DNA from: Antedon mediterranea
Lineage: Eukaryota > Animalia > Echinodermata
Assembly: GCF_964355755.1 (NCBI RefSeq)
Contig: NC_092670.1
Span: forward strand, 13,564,795-13,628,794
Reading direction: 5' to 3'
DNA length: 64,000 bases
Shown here: positions 39,101 to 51,500 of the stretch, in pieces
How the letters are laid out: each line of letters starts with the position of its first letter
Numbering within the stretch: position 1 is the stretch's first letter
Notes under the pieces: generated by a model
What the model was told of the DNA's origin: nothing
What the model saw: the letters and a program-made list of their open reading frames with translations, nothing else
The model's database searches: none
Made by a program: the position numbers and the translations under genes

Positions 39101-42100
39101 TTAGTTGACTTCATAAATCATCGTGTCTATTTTATTCGTTTCTGTAAACGACAATAACTATTAAAGTCCCGCAGTAGGCCTATGTACATTTAAAAAAAAA
39201 CCTAATTTTTTTTTTAAGCTGAAATTACTGTGTATCCGAGAACCATCTGTGGGCACGACCTAGATGGTACGCGAGCGAAGCGAGCGTACCATCTAGTCTA
39301 TATATACATTTACGTAAGGGCAAAATTCGATAAATCGCGGTTTATTTCTAGAATTTTTACTCGATGGTATATAAAGTTGGTTCGTACTTTCGGTACTGAT
39401 TTTAACAACCTGATGTAACCCTGTTTACTAATTAAATTGAGTTAGATAATTAGTTATTGACGATTAAAACGAATTTAGGTTCAACGATTTGCCCCAAATA
39501 GGGGTGTTTTCCGATCGTGGTATACACTGTCTAATGGATGTCCAACTTGAAAAATACCCGCACACAATAATACTAGGACGCTTCGCATTTTCCTATCTCC
39601 TCCTACGATAATTGTTTTTAATAGCTGAAAACCGGTTGAACTGCCCGAGTACAGCATCATAATGTTGAAGACAGGCCGATTTTCTTAAAAAAATACTATT
39701 TTGATAGATTTAATTTACGTTTTTACAAATGTATTGATTTGCGATGAATGGAACATTCCAATCTCTCAGTCTGCCAGTTTGGTTTAACACAAGTAGGTAA
39801 ATTTATGAGCCCTTGGAGAATAAACTTTCAATACTTTGACAATACAGTACTGCAAATACCTATTAACCATTTTTGGTCGTCATTTGAATCGAACATTTCT
39901 TACTGTGAATACTGTTAGATGTAAACAAGAATATTTCTTACAAAAAAACGCTGCTCGCTTATTGTTATTGCTAAGTTCAAGTCTGGGGGTCACTTCATCA
40001 CGCCTAGATACTTCAAGCATGGAGGTATCCGTGCTTCAAGTATCCTATTACAAACAAAAACTTCAATGGACTGTTTTGATAATAATTCAATGATTATCTG
40101 ACAGCGAATTATAGTAATATCATGGGACTCATAAATACCAGAAATGCTTAAGGATTTGTCGTTAGACTCTTTTCCCAGCCGTTTTTTGGATTCAACAGGT
40201 GGTACCATAAATTATAGTGGAGTTTCCATTTTAACAAAAATGTCAAAGTGTAGTACTATAAAGCTGCTTGATTTCATCTAATGAATGAGTCATCTCATGT
40301 GACGTAGCGGGCTAGAGCAGCAGCGTGAAAAATATATACAAACATTTCTTACTGTGAATACTGTTAGATGTAAAAAAATATATACAAATAAACTTTATTA
40401 CTGTGATTATGGGTAGGCTCTACTGTTAGATATATAAACACGTAATATACAAATAAACTTTATTACTTCTCAACGTTTGCATTAATTAATAATTACAAAA
40501 AATATAAACGTCGTAGTGGTGTATCGTTACATGTACTTTACTATTTCAATCGACTATGACAGTGACAGTTTTAACAAAGTATTAAATCGCAAATGTTTTA
40601 CTATATTTAGTCACCGTTAGTGGTATATTATTTATAGGCCTATAAAAAATGAAAACAATATTTCGTTACTGACGTGGATAAAGAATATATTTAAAAATTG
40701 TTCCTCTTTGTACCTATCCTCTTTCCCATCCCTTAACCCTAATTGGGTTTCTTAAAATGAATAAACAATTTTGACTCATTTGTGGTAAGTTTCTCTTTCG
40801 GAAGTAATTCCCAGGGTGCTAATTTTGGTTGACTACATAAATCATTGTGTCTACTTATTCGTTTCTGTAAACGGCAATGTATTATAGTCCTGCGGTACGT
40901 GCATTTAAAATCGCCAGATTGTTTACCCTGAAATTACTGTGTATTCGAGAACCATCTGTGGGCACGACCTAGGGCGCGTTTATACAACACGCTATTACAC
41001 GCATATTCTACACGCCTACGACAAGTGTGTTGTATAACAACAAAGAGATTCCGTGTAATGAGATTTTAATTGCAAAAAAGGCTACTTGGCTGAATCCTAA
41101 AATTTGGTGGATTCCCGGTCGCCGTTACCGTGTTGGAAGTGTCCTCAGGGTATATTTTGACCTCTCGTTAAAACAGGTCGTAATATCAATCATGTCATGC
41201 GACATTGCTAACAAGATTGGGCCCATTTATTGCTGCTTCGCTGCCAGCAATCATCCTCCTACCACGTCTTACGCCTAGCCTAGTGGGGCCAACTCGTAGT
41301 GGTAGTAGGCATCTATCGTTTCCCACTCCAAACAGAATAAAAAAAATAACATCGCAAAAATGGCATCTTCTTCCATAGTGTATAGATGAAACAATGAAAC
41401 CCTTAAAATAACTTTTATTAATTTAAATGAACCGAGAACAAAATAAACAACAATGCAAACGTGAACGAATACAATAGGCCTATAATGAAAATGGTAAAAA
41501 CCGCGCGAATCGACAGCGAGGAGGCGACGATGATTGTTGACAACTCAGCCAATTCAAGCGCGATCAACGATTTGACCTTTTATCCTAGCATGCACTGCGT
41601 GTTGATGAAACTTCCGGTATAACACGGTATCGTGATTTCTAGTATAACAGCAAACGTTAAGGTGGGTTGACCTCGGTCCGAACAACACGCTAAAAATTAA
41701 AGCCGTGTTCAAATTTAGGGTGTTGTATAAACACGACCATAGATGGTACGCGAGCGAAGCGAGCGTACCATCTAGTAATTGTAATTCCTGATAGAGGGTG
41801 TTTCATTTGCCAAGTCATGCATAACATATCTCTGGAGGGGCTTTATTAGCGGCGGCGCATGTGGTTTAATCCTCTCCTTTGTTTTAATTAAGACTAAACC
41901 TACGTCCTGCGTCAAAACTCAATTTCTCTCCAACCATCCCATTCTTCCCCCGTTTTGCTTTGGCTGGGCGCTGACACCCAGACTCATGTCTTATCTACAG
42001 CCAATTTCATATTTTATTGTATTTTAATCAGACTCAACATGGACTCAAGTAGATTTATAGATGTATATATTTGATGCTTAAGTCAAATTTGTTAACCTAA

Positions 42101-45100
42101 TATTAAGTACTGTTTAGTAAGTAGAGTTTAATACTTTGATTTATACTTTGTTTAAATATTCTGATTACTGATATCCGTTATGCAGTATTTGATTTATGGT
42201 TTCAGATGACATAACGTATAGGGCGTAACCCATTTTATTGTAATAGAATTAAGTTTTATACTAAAGTGATATGTCATCTATGTTTTACCAATATACACGT
42301 TTTAATATTCGTCATTTTAATAAATGACATTTCCATCCAATGATGGTTTATCTGTGTTTGTTTGTTGTCCTGTCCGGTTGCTAGCGTAACACAAATAGTG
42401 TTATTCCTTTTGACCACTTACACACAATGCGAATCGGGTGGGCGGTTCCCGCTCAGGATAGATACAGATTCTACGTGGGACGGTTTTCCGGTTACCGTTA
42501 CCGTTCTTCTGAGTAAATGGCAGAAACATGTATAACAATATGTTGTTGAAGGTACATGCTACAACTTGATACTTATTTAAATGGAAGTGTGCTCTGTTCA
42601 GATAATTTGTGGAAATGTCACTTACCGGTACATGATAATAGCAATCGGTGTAATCGGTCCACGTTAAATTGGTTTCTGGATTAATGTACCAAGTTCCGTC
42701 AGCATTGCACATTTTGACAGTGTTTCCTTTAGTAAATAGTAATAAGAACTTTTTTAACGAAAATAAGTATAATAATTAGACATGATGATAATTTATGCGA
42801 GTTTTGCGTCAGGGAGCTTTGCCCTGTCTGACGTAATCACACCATTGATTAGGGCACCATAATGAAGTTCAGAACAAATAAAGTAGGCCTTTCTTATTCT
42901 CAATTTGTTTTAGCTAAAAACATATATGTTGAAAATTAAGAATGAAATGCCGCTTTCTGATGACCACATAATAGTTACATATGCGACTGAATGATGTAGT
43001 TTGTTTTTTAATAGAAAGACACGCTTCTGAAATGTCGTTTAAACATAGAGCTTTATGATATAACAAATAAATAATACTTACGTTCTTCATGTGAACGCGG
43101 TATATAAGAAGGACATTTCTGGCTTGCTTCCGTTGCAGTCTCCGTATAATTCCAACATTTCCAACCATCAAATGTGATAGGGCAGTATCGATTATCTAGA
43201 ACATATATTGTTAAATTATCATTAATTTTATCCAAAAGGAAAAAGATACAGAATGAAAACAGATGAAAAGAGAACCGTACATATAAACTTGTACGTGGTT
43301 GATTATCTAAAACTTAATTAGGGCCTAAATTGTAAAAACTGTAATAAATATACAACAAATATATAACAAATATATAACATTGTTAAATTATGAAGAAGGT
43401 TGCAGTAGCTGGCAATTATTATATTAATTAAATTCAACTTATATAATTTTGTAAATACATTAATGGAAGTTGCATTCTTAATTTATATATTAAATTATGT
43501 CAAACACCCGATATTAGGCAGGAAAACAATGTCGGGCATTGGCCTATTCGACCACTTTAAAGCAATATAGGTTACACATCGGATAGTAAAGTATAAAATG
43601 AGAAAACATGAGTTGGTTTTGAAATGTGTAAACAATAAAGGCGTTTAGTTTGTATTGATAATTATAATGACAATTTGGAAAGTAGATAGGCCTAACTGAA
43701 GTATCGAGGACACTGCATGTTCCTCAAAATTACACGCGAGACTTGAATTACTTTACATCAGCTTCATGTACAGTGAACTTTGAAAACGGGATTTAACGAT
43801 ATTTTATACGATTTAGGAGAGTTTAGGTCACTTATTGATGACGGTACTGGATAAACAAATCACATGTCCAGCTCATTTACAGAATTCCAATCTATTATAT
43901 TCTGTCTTAACGAGATTTTACCAAAGAGATTTTCTTCGCTATCACCAAATTAATACACAGTCAAACGCACACATTTTCCCAACCTAGGTTGGCTTATTCT
44001 CTAACGACCCTTCTCTATTGATTTTTGCTCATATAGTGCAAATCTATGGCCATTTATGCTTCTAAACTACTAATAAAATTGGAAATAAAAGGACGATTAG
44101 CCAAATGTGTTGATAAGCGTACAACGAAAGGATTAACTAAAATCAAAATCTGACATGCTTTTGTAAAAATAGACTGACATTGAAAAGCGCTACTGCAGGA
44201 GATAGGCATTTCAATGTTAAAATGTTGAGACGTGGGGTTTTTCTATTAATACAACATTTACGTGAATATAACGCGTAGGCCAACAATAGTATTATTTTAT
44301 TTTTATAAATCATTATTTCGCGAAAAATTAGAAGCAGCTTATTCTGGAGCCTACCTACGACCGCATTAAAATACAGTACATTTAAATAGGTTAAAGGTGA
44401 ACTGAAACCCTGTCTAGCATTCCGATTTTTCTAAAAGAAATATGACATTTAGTGCACTTAACCTGATTTTTCTTCAGGAATTCTTTCTAAAGTTAAAAAT
44501 TATTCTAAATAAAATAATCAGACTTTGTTTTTTTTTCGCGTTGGCAGTCATAAGTCGCATCCATAGGCCTCGTTGTTATGGCAATGTAAATAGTTCTTAA
44601 TTAGATAAACTAGGCAATTGTTACACGGCTGCGATGCATCTATTATCTGTTTCTATATTGAAGGGATGCAACAAGAACCAGTGGTCTATTGGGTACAATC
44701 TATTATATATATGGCCTAAAATAGTTGATGTGCATTTGTTCCGGAAGGAAGACAATCATTGCTTTACATGGATTATGATTTAAATTATGAATTAATCCTT
44801 TTGAATTCTTTCATCGACTACTTTACTCTTTAGGGACATCCTAATTAGTCTATTATTCTACTTGCATACGACGGATTTATTTCGCCTATTTTACTCTGAT
44901 AGGCCTAATGGTATATAATATTGGTAGAGAATAAAATTATATCAGAAAACAAATAACCGAGGATCGGATAAACTATTTTTCCTAATAATACGTAAATAAA
45001 AAAGTAAATAACGAAATTCATGTTTGTTTACGTTAGACAATTTTAGAAGTACATTTACAGAATTGTACACATTTTTTATAAAACATTATCATTATATAAA

Positions 45101-45567
45101 AGTTATTGTTTCTTGTATTATGCCTTTTATGTGATTTGAAAAACCTAATTTATATCAGTGTTATCAGTGTTCTGAATTATTACTATTGTACAATACATTT
45201 TGATTACCACTCCTTATCATAATTGCCAAAAATTAATCTGATGGAAAAAGTTACTGTTTGATTCAATCGATACACATGGCTTACCTCCTTTCAAATTAGG
45301 TGATGTTGTATACAAATGTAGACATTCCATCGCCGCCTGAAATACCAGACACACCTGTTCTGCAGTAAACTCATCGGTAACATAAGGTTGTGAAAAATTT
45401 TGATAATGAAGATAGTGTTGTATCTTGATTTTATCTTTGTCTGTCAACGCGTCAACATCCGTGCAAAGGGCCGTATCATCTTCTTCTGCCATCACATCAA
45501 CAATCATCATGCATATTATCTTTATCAAACAGAAGTATAGAAGAAATAATCATAGGTTAGGGACCAT
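29799..45567 (-). CDS. CALCR-like: Class B1 (secretin family) GPCR, calcitonin/CGRP/DH31-receptor-like, 12 coding exons, ~549 codons
   Basis: All introns GT-AG with matching phases; total 1650 nt. Motifs CPITFDGWKCW, WTDYTDC, SLACPRVTMHKNLF, YFWMLCEGIYLH, AARATLILVPLLG, QGFFVACIFCFFNAEV are characteristic of calcitonin-type receptors. Start position uncertain (TGA at codon 6). Confidence 0.93.
30383..30543. mobile_element. Palindromic MITE (PIF/Harbinger-like) in last GPCR intron
   Basis: TIRs TGGTTCCCACTAGAGA / TCTCTAGTGTGGGAACCA, TTA-type flanks. Confidence 0.65.
31094..31135 (-). CDS. GPCR exon 11 (TM7, 42 nt)
   Basis: GFFVACIFCFFNAE; the 42-nt exon conserved in class B1 GPCR genes. Confidence 0.95.
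31585..31708 (-). CDS. GPCR exon 10 (TM6-TM7)
   Basis: RAARATLILVPLLGLHYIIVPMR...AICLSFQ; 124 nt, phase 2-0. Confidence 0.95.
32030..32115 (-). CDS. GPCR exon 9 (TM5-ICL3)
   Basis: INFLMLLNILRVLISKLQSTHTSANSSY; 86 nt, phase 0-2. Confidence 0.93.
32774..32843 (-). CDS. GPCR exon 8 (ECL2-TM5)
   Basis: DVCWLNDSPLEWITAAPIIAVLV; 70 nt, phase 2-0. Confidence 0.93.
33340..34087. mobile_element. Probable non-autonomous element with internal inverted repeats
   Basis: GTACAAATAAT..GGTGAATGATGAAAG / CTTTTAATCATTCACC..ATTATTTGTAC hairpin, and TATATAACATCTAAATAGATTTCTGTCATTT (33494) inverted with AAATGACAGGAATTTATTTAGGTGTTGTATA (34057). Family not assigned. Confidence 0.45.
34502..34562 (-). CDS. GPCR exon 7 (TM4)
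   Basis: VIPLLFIIISAICKSLLTNE; 61 nt, phase 1-2. Confidence 0.92.
35175..35328 (-). CDS. GPCR exon 6 (TM3-TM4 start)
   Basis: LECKFMLMLWLYFQVCGYFWMLCEGIYLH...WYYVVGW; 154 nt, phase 0-1. Confidence 0.95.
35758..35884 (-). CDS. GPCR exon 5 (TM2)
   Basis: SLACPRVTMHKNLFLAFILHGII...LTRNG; 127 nt, phase 2-0. Confidence 0.95.
37073..37167 (-). CDS. GPCR exon 4 (TM1)
   Basis: PPLKGYIYVYYVGYSLSVLSCCIALFIFCYF; 95 nt, phase 0-2. Confidence 0.93.
37666..39296 (+). mobile_element. Non-autonomous Helitron family 2, copy 1 of head-to-tail dimer
   Basis: Starts A|TCTATATATA, ends hairpin + CTAG; internal tandem duplications (~235 bp at ~38345-38815; ~100 bp at ~38815-39014). Confidence 0.9.
39947..40327. 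mobile_element. Nested ~380-bp insertion with short TIRs
   Basis: Absent from the other family 2 copies; ends AACGCTGCT / AGCAGCGTG, flanked by AAAAA on both sides. Confidence 0.5.
40972..41738. mobile_element. PIF/Harbinger-like MITE (767 bp) nested in the Helitron 3' end
   Basis: 19-bp TIRs GGGCGCGTTTATACAACAC / GTGTTGTATAAACACGACC (2 mismatches); flanks CTA / ATA; empty site GGCACGACCTAGATGG seen at ~39252 and ~10166. Confidence 0.85.
42626..42726 (-). CDS. GPCR exon 3 (hormone-binding domain)
   Basis: NTVKMCNADGTWYINPETNLTWTDYTDCYYHVP; 101 nt, phase 1-0. Confidence 0.93.
43082..43195 (-). CDS. GPCR exon 2 (hormone-binding domain)
   Basis: DNRYCPITFDGWKCWNYT...CPSYIPRSHEE; 114 nt, phase 1-1. 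Confidence 0.95.
45285..45567 (-). CDS. GPCR exon 1 (signal peptide + N-terminus; 5' boundary uncertain)
   Basis: MVPNL*LFLLYFCLIKIICMMIVDVMAEEDD...AAMECLHLYTTSPNLKG, donor GTAAGC, phase 1. Confidence 0.75.
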
Positions 45568-48500
45568 ATCAACATTGTACAGCAGTTACTCCAGTTTTTG
45601 TACTGCAATAATATTATATGATTGTGTTGGTTTCACTCTAGAGGTTTACGAGGTATTCGCTGCAGTAACCGATGTGTAGGCCTACAGTAGTTAGTAGCCA
45701 AGAGATGCTATTACTGCAGAAACTGCAGTAGAATAATGTTTATTATTCCCAACAAGCTTAGGCTACTGCATATTATGATCATATAGGTGATTTTCTTAAC
45801 TTTCTTTAAAGTATTGTGAAATTAATATCTTTGGAATTTGATTAATTTATTTAATTTAATCATATTTATAGACCAAATGTGCTGGATATCTTTATCTGAT
45901 CTTCAAATTGTATAAAACCCGAAGATAAATTATCTTGGCAACGGAGAATGTTGTGTTGACTTTTGTTGGTAAAACAGTCTTACGATTAAGATTGATATTG
46001 TCCCTGTCCCTGTAATTTTTTTTGCAATAATAACTTCATACTCGGGACAGCATGTTAACTCATACATCTGAACTTGAATTGAAAGTAATTATGTATGAAT
46101 GACCATTTTCAAAAGATTAAAACAAATATTAATTTTAAAAGAAAATTTGTTAAAATTTAAAGAATGTATAAACAAACTTACTAAAACGGTGAAAACGTTT
46201 AGAATTTTGACAACAGACTTCATGATTTTAGTCCATAGAAGAAACAATATAAATAATATCTGGAGGCACTATCTGAAAACAAGAAAATGTAAAAACAAAT
46301 GAATCAAGCGCTCAGAGAAACTGAGCGAAATAATTTGCAAATTTCATAAGAACAATGAGGGCGTGCTATTGTTTCTGTTTTATCAAAGATATAGTTTTTT
46401 TTTATGCAATCAATATATCGATTTTCTGAAAAACACCTGTTGCTATATAAATATTAAATAAATTCAGATTTACACTTAAAAATGTAACGTTATTGTGAAA
46501 ACAAACAATATATTTGATAACTTTAATTGAAACTACATTCATCTTTCAACAAGGTTTTTTTTTCATTTCATAAGTTAACTTTCTATAACGAGTTTGATTT
46601 ATTGTGTTCTTAATGGTCATAGTCACCATATAGACTTATCGTTGCTGGGCATTGCGGTTGTGGGTTAGGGCGTACGCAATTTGTTAAATGTATACTTAGG
46701 TGCATGAACACCATGTCTCAATTACTTTAGACAGCAATTAAGTATGATCATCTAGGACGAGGAAACCGTTATAATTTATTAGTATCTTTACTAAGAGCAC
46801 AGTTTTCATCACTATATAGCGTTTGAACTATGGTGGCTTATGTACCAGTTTTTATAATACGTTAAATGTTTCTATGCTAAATGAACTCACTAGCCCAGGA
46901 ATACTAAATCATTGAATGTATTAGCTATTAAATAGGCCTAAAGAAGGTTATAGCTAAACAGTCATGCTACTAACACACACGAGATATGAAACATACAGAA
47001 ATTAAACGCGTCATCAATCAAGTATTTCTTAATAAATAAATAATAAATGATGATGAATTAGGTTTAATTACAATTTATAGTTACCACCTATAATAAACTT
47101 AAACAGAAGTATTGCTTTAAAACAATCCCCAATTAAAACTCACTTTGTACATAAAGTTGCATAACACTGTAGTTTTAAAACACGTTTGCCACGAAGGGAA
47201 TGCTCTCCTTTTCTAGTATTGCGTCAATGGTTATAGAATAATAGTGAAAATGATCTTGTTTTTGAAAAACACATTTTAATGTGATTATTCATTTTCTTTG
47301 TATTGTTTTTTTCATATGGAATTGTGTAATTCTGATCAATCAATCAACAAAAGAAACAACACTAGTTATACGCAATTGGGTTATAATTCGGTTGATATTA
47401 GCCTACATGTTATAAATGATTAATTGAGCATGTTCACAAAATCAATTCTTCAGTTTCCTTACAATTACTATTATTCAGTACTTTTAAAACAAGCAATAAA
47501 ATATTTCAATTTTCCAGCGATATTTATTTATGGTTCCTTTATCCTTTTATTAAAATTTTTCATAAAACTGAGTTGAGAGTGAATGGATTTGAACTTTTTA
47601 GAAATGTTTTGCATTAATAAACGCCTTGACACAACATAGACACAGAGCAGTAGATAGTACGTTATGCATTTATTAATAGTTATTGATTGTTTTAACTATT
47701 ACGCTTGTGTGAACACATATCTTATTGATATAGAAAGCATTGCAATATATTCGTCGATAATTGTAAACTAGATGGCATTATTTCACGAGTATTAGAACAT
47801 TGTAAACACATTGATGCATACTATAGTATTAAACACTATACAATCGTTATGATGAATAAACATTTGTTTAAACATTAAATAAGAAATAAATAATTGTACT
47901 CTACAATATGAAGTTTTTGCACGAGCAAGTTAACATTTCCCAAAATTCAACGGGCAAGCTTCGCCCACTTTTCAAGTTTATGAAAAACCTAATTAGTTAC
48001 GTGCGTCGAGAGCATTTTTTTCTTTAAAATAACCGAAGAGAATCGAAACATGGACAAATCATCGCATTTCTGCCGAATAATTAAGAAACAAATGGTAAAT
48101 TTAAAGATATGTTTTTCTTAAACCAATATAAGGTACAATAGTACAGGAATTTGTTATTTATCACCTAATATGCAAGTTTAGGGCAATGCTAGTTAGGCCT
48201 AGGCCCATTGTATTCCATGATTTGTTTTAATGATAGCGGCGTATGTTGCGTGCGTGACACATGAGTTAACACTTCCCGTCGAAGCGAAATCAAAACGAAC
48301 AAGTACGTTAACACAACTGTTGGCTGAACTACGTCAGCTCCCTATTAGCAAAAAAGTAGCAATAATCGCGAATCATACATTATGGAAATATTCGTTGAAC
48401 AATGTTGTGGTGTTATTTTAAAATAATAATATAACGTTTCCATAAACAACTTACTTAATTACATAAATTCTAATATTGCATTTCTGACTTAGATTACACT

Positions 48501-51500
48501 GAAAACGAAAATTAGTTCTTTCATTCTATATATTATAACCTTTGTAAAGTGAAACACATACCGTAACGAGTTTTGCCGTTTTGTCTTCTTGCGGAATCTA
48601 TGATCTAGCGGCAATGTCTTACGACGTATTGGGCTACTGTAAAATGACTTAGGTTAACTGAACGGGTACGCTTTAACGATGATAGATTGCACTTCAGCTT
48701 TTGTTAATCACTACCAATACGAGCTGTTACAGAATATTAAATAGCCCAACAGGCAGGAAAGAGAAATACGCTAAATGTGACGAGTAGGTAAGTTCAATAT
48801 TATTTCTATTAGTGTAATTTCAATAGCACAGTTCGTTCGGTGAATTCTTTAATATTCTTAATCAATACAAGCAAAGATTAACTCTATGCTGATTCTCTAT
48901 TCATTACAGGTAAATCAGTATAGATTACAACATCCTAGACTATTAACACGAGTGTTACTTAGCCCTGCACCTGTACAAACTACACATGATAAGTCGACGG
49001 AAATGAAGCATACTTGGCAATTGAGACGGAATTGATTTTAAGAGAAACGTGACCTAATCCTACATTGAAGAAAACACGGATCTTTTTAGGACACTAATTC
49101 AAGTCAAGAATTCATAGTGCCAAACAGGTATCAAGCAGTACTCCACCTGTCGGCTGCTTGTAAATTATTCACGCATGCGTACAATTGTAATTTCAATTTT
49201 GAAACAAAACACATCACATTGTAATTTAATTATGTTTCTATGATTCTATTTGAAGAATTATAGCAAAGAATTAAGTAAAGAACAATATCGATAACCAATT
49301 TCGATAATGAGAAATAAATAAAAATAACCAAAACTGAATTTAAATGTATAGCAACATGCTGATTTCAAATTATTATTATAATTATTGAATTATAATATAC
49401 TGAATATATTATATATGGATTTGTTTTTGATGAATATTGTTAAAATTCTATGTTTGAAATATTAATTGATTACACTGTATATAGCTAAAATACAAATAGC
49501 TTAATTTGTAATTTAAGATGTTTGGTCATCTGATGCAAATCAAATTTTGATTCTTAGTTAGATATCATTATTCATATATAAATGATCACCGGATCACGTA
49601 GTTTTGCATAGACTGAACAATAATGAATAATTTGCCCTTACATAATGTTTATGAAGAAACATTATTGATTGACCAGTCGCTTGATCATTGATATTCATAG
49701 TTGCATAAATTGGTGATTTCTCTAAATAATTCAGATATAATATTGTCGGATAATACCATTGCTGGTCATTGCTCTTCAAACAGTGTCGATTTAAAGGACA
49801 ACTTTTGTTACAAGCTGACGTAATTGATGTCATTCGTGCATAGGCCTACATCTGAAATGTTTCTTACATTTTACCTAAATCATGATATAGGCCCCTACAT
49901 AATAAATACCATGCGTAATTACCAAAAGTATCATTCGAGTGAATAAATAAAGTATAGACCTATATCATAATATAATGAAATAGAAGTCAATTACCATATT
50001 AAAGTCACCAAGCTAAATTTATCTGAAACATCACATGTTACTTCCTCTTCAAGAAAAAAAAAGAAATTAGGTCAAAAAAAAAAAAAACAATCCGCATCCA
50101 ACCGAATTCAAAGATGCGTTTCAATTAAATATTAAAAGGATTTTTACATATATATGAAACTTAAAATGGCAAAGGTTCATTGTTAAAACCTTTTTAAAAG
50201 TGCTTTGAATAATTTACAGAATAGAAAATGCAATGTTGGGAAGGGTATGGCATCAGTGAATGACCTGATACCCTGTTTCAAATTTATCTCATGGGATACA
50301 AAATACTCTAACCTTGTACTTAAGAGATGCCAGTAGGTCTGCTATGCCTTCTAAAAAAACGCTTTTATCAAATTTTCACTGTTGGTATAGGTTAAAGCTG
50401 TGTTGGAATTTCACTCATCAATTGTCTACTCTATGACGTCAGACAATGACCATATCTCGGATTAGTTTATCAAGTAAATTACCTAACATAATGCACTCTT
50501 GTTTAATAAAGTAAAACGTGAGCGAAAAAGTAGTTGACATAATCATAAATAATATACTATAGGTAAATTGATTCAAACGTGCCGTTACCTTACATGCAAC
50601 TTTGGCAAAAAAGTAAACAATGAAAACAACAAAGCTAATAATAATACAAACTAAAGTGAGAGGTTTAATCAAACAAACGAGTGAAAGCCGATGTTATTCA
50701 ATATTTGATTAGTGCCTCGACAAACTGTAAATATGCAAAATAATGGCGGGCATACTACGTTTATAACAAACCGTTAGTCTTTATATTATGTAGGGCTAAG
50801 AAAGAAGCAGGTATTCTGTTGAGGGCAAGTGGGTTTGGGAGGTGATTGGTGTTCCGGATTGTGTTTTTTTCTTTCGTGGGAATCAACCACCTTTATTGTA
50901 ATTTCTTCTCATTTTCATTAACATGACTTAACAGGTATTTAAGAACGTATTCAATTACTACATACCGACGTATAATTATTATAAATAAATTTCATTCTTA
51001 AAAGAACGATATAGTTACATATTTGGCATACATATAAATAGACTCTATACTGTATACAGATGAAGCTATAATAGAAGAAAAGTTAATAAAATATTTAAAA
51101 TTGTAGTGTACAGATAATTGAAAATATTGCATGCATATATTAAAACAGTTCTATGAAATGAAATCAAGGTAAGTGCTCTAAAATGCTATGTTTTTAAATG
51201 TTTCCATTTTTTGTCGGCTTTCATAAAATTGCATCCATTTCATTTATAATTAAGCATTTTAATTCAAATGTAAATACATTCCATATCACTTTATGTTTTT
51301 TCGTATTTTTGTTGTCTTTCGTGGGAACAACCCACCTTTATTGTTCCGGATTGTTGATAAGCAACAAAAAATGTATTAATATTCGTGTTTAAATACGCTC
51401 GTTGAAGAATTGTGTGTTGGTTCACTGTGAATGTGTCGTGTCTATACACGTTACTATAATCAATTTGGTCAACAGTTTTAGGCATAAAAAGAAAAATTAA

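Larger units (their letters stand above)
39297..41775 (+). mobile_element. Non-autonomous Helitron family 2, copy 2 of dimer, carrying two nested insertions
   Basis: Begins TCTATATATA immediately after the CTAG of copy 1; ends CATCTAG|T. Confidence 0.9.

Noticed and set aside
44392-44415. TTAA-AGGTGAACTGAAACC, Kolobok-like terminus
   Set aside because: No matching second end found by eye.
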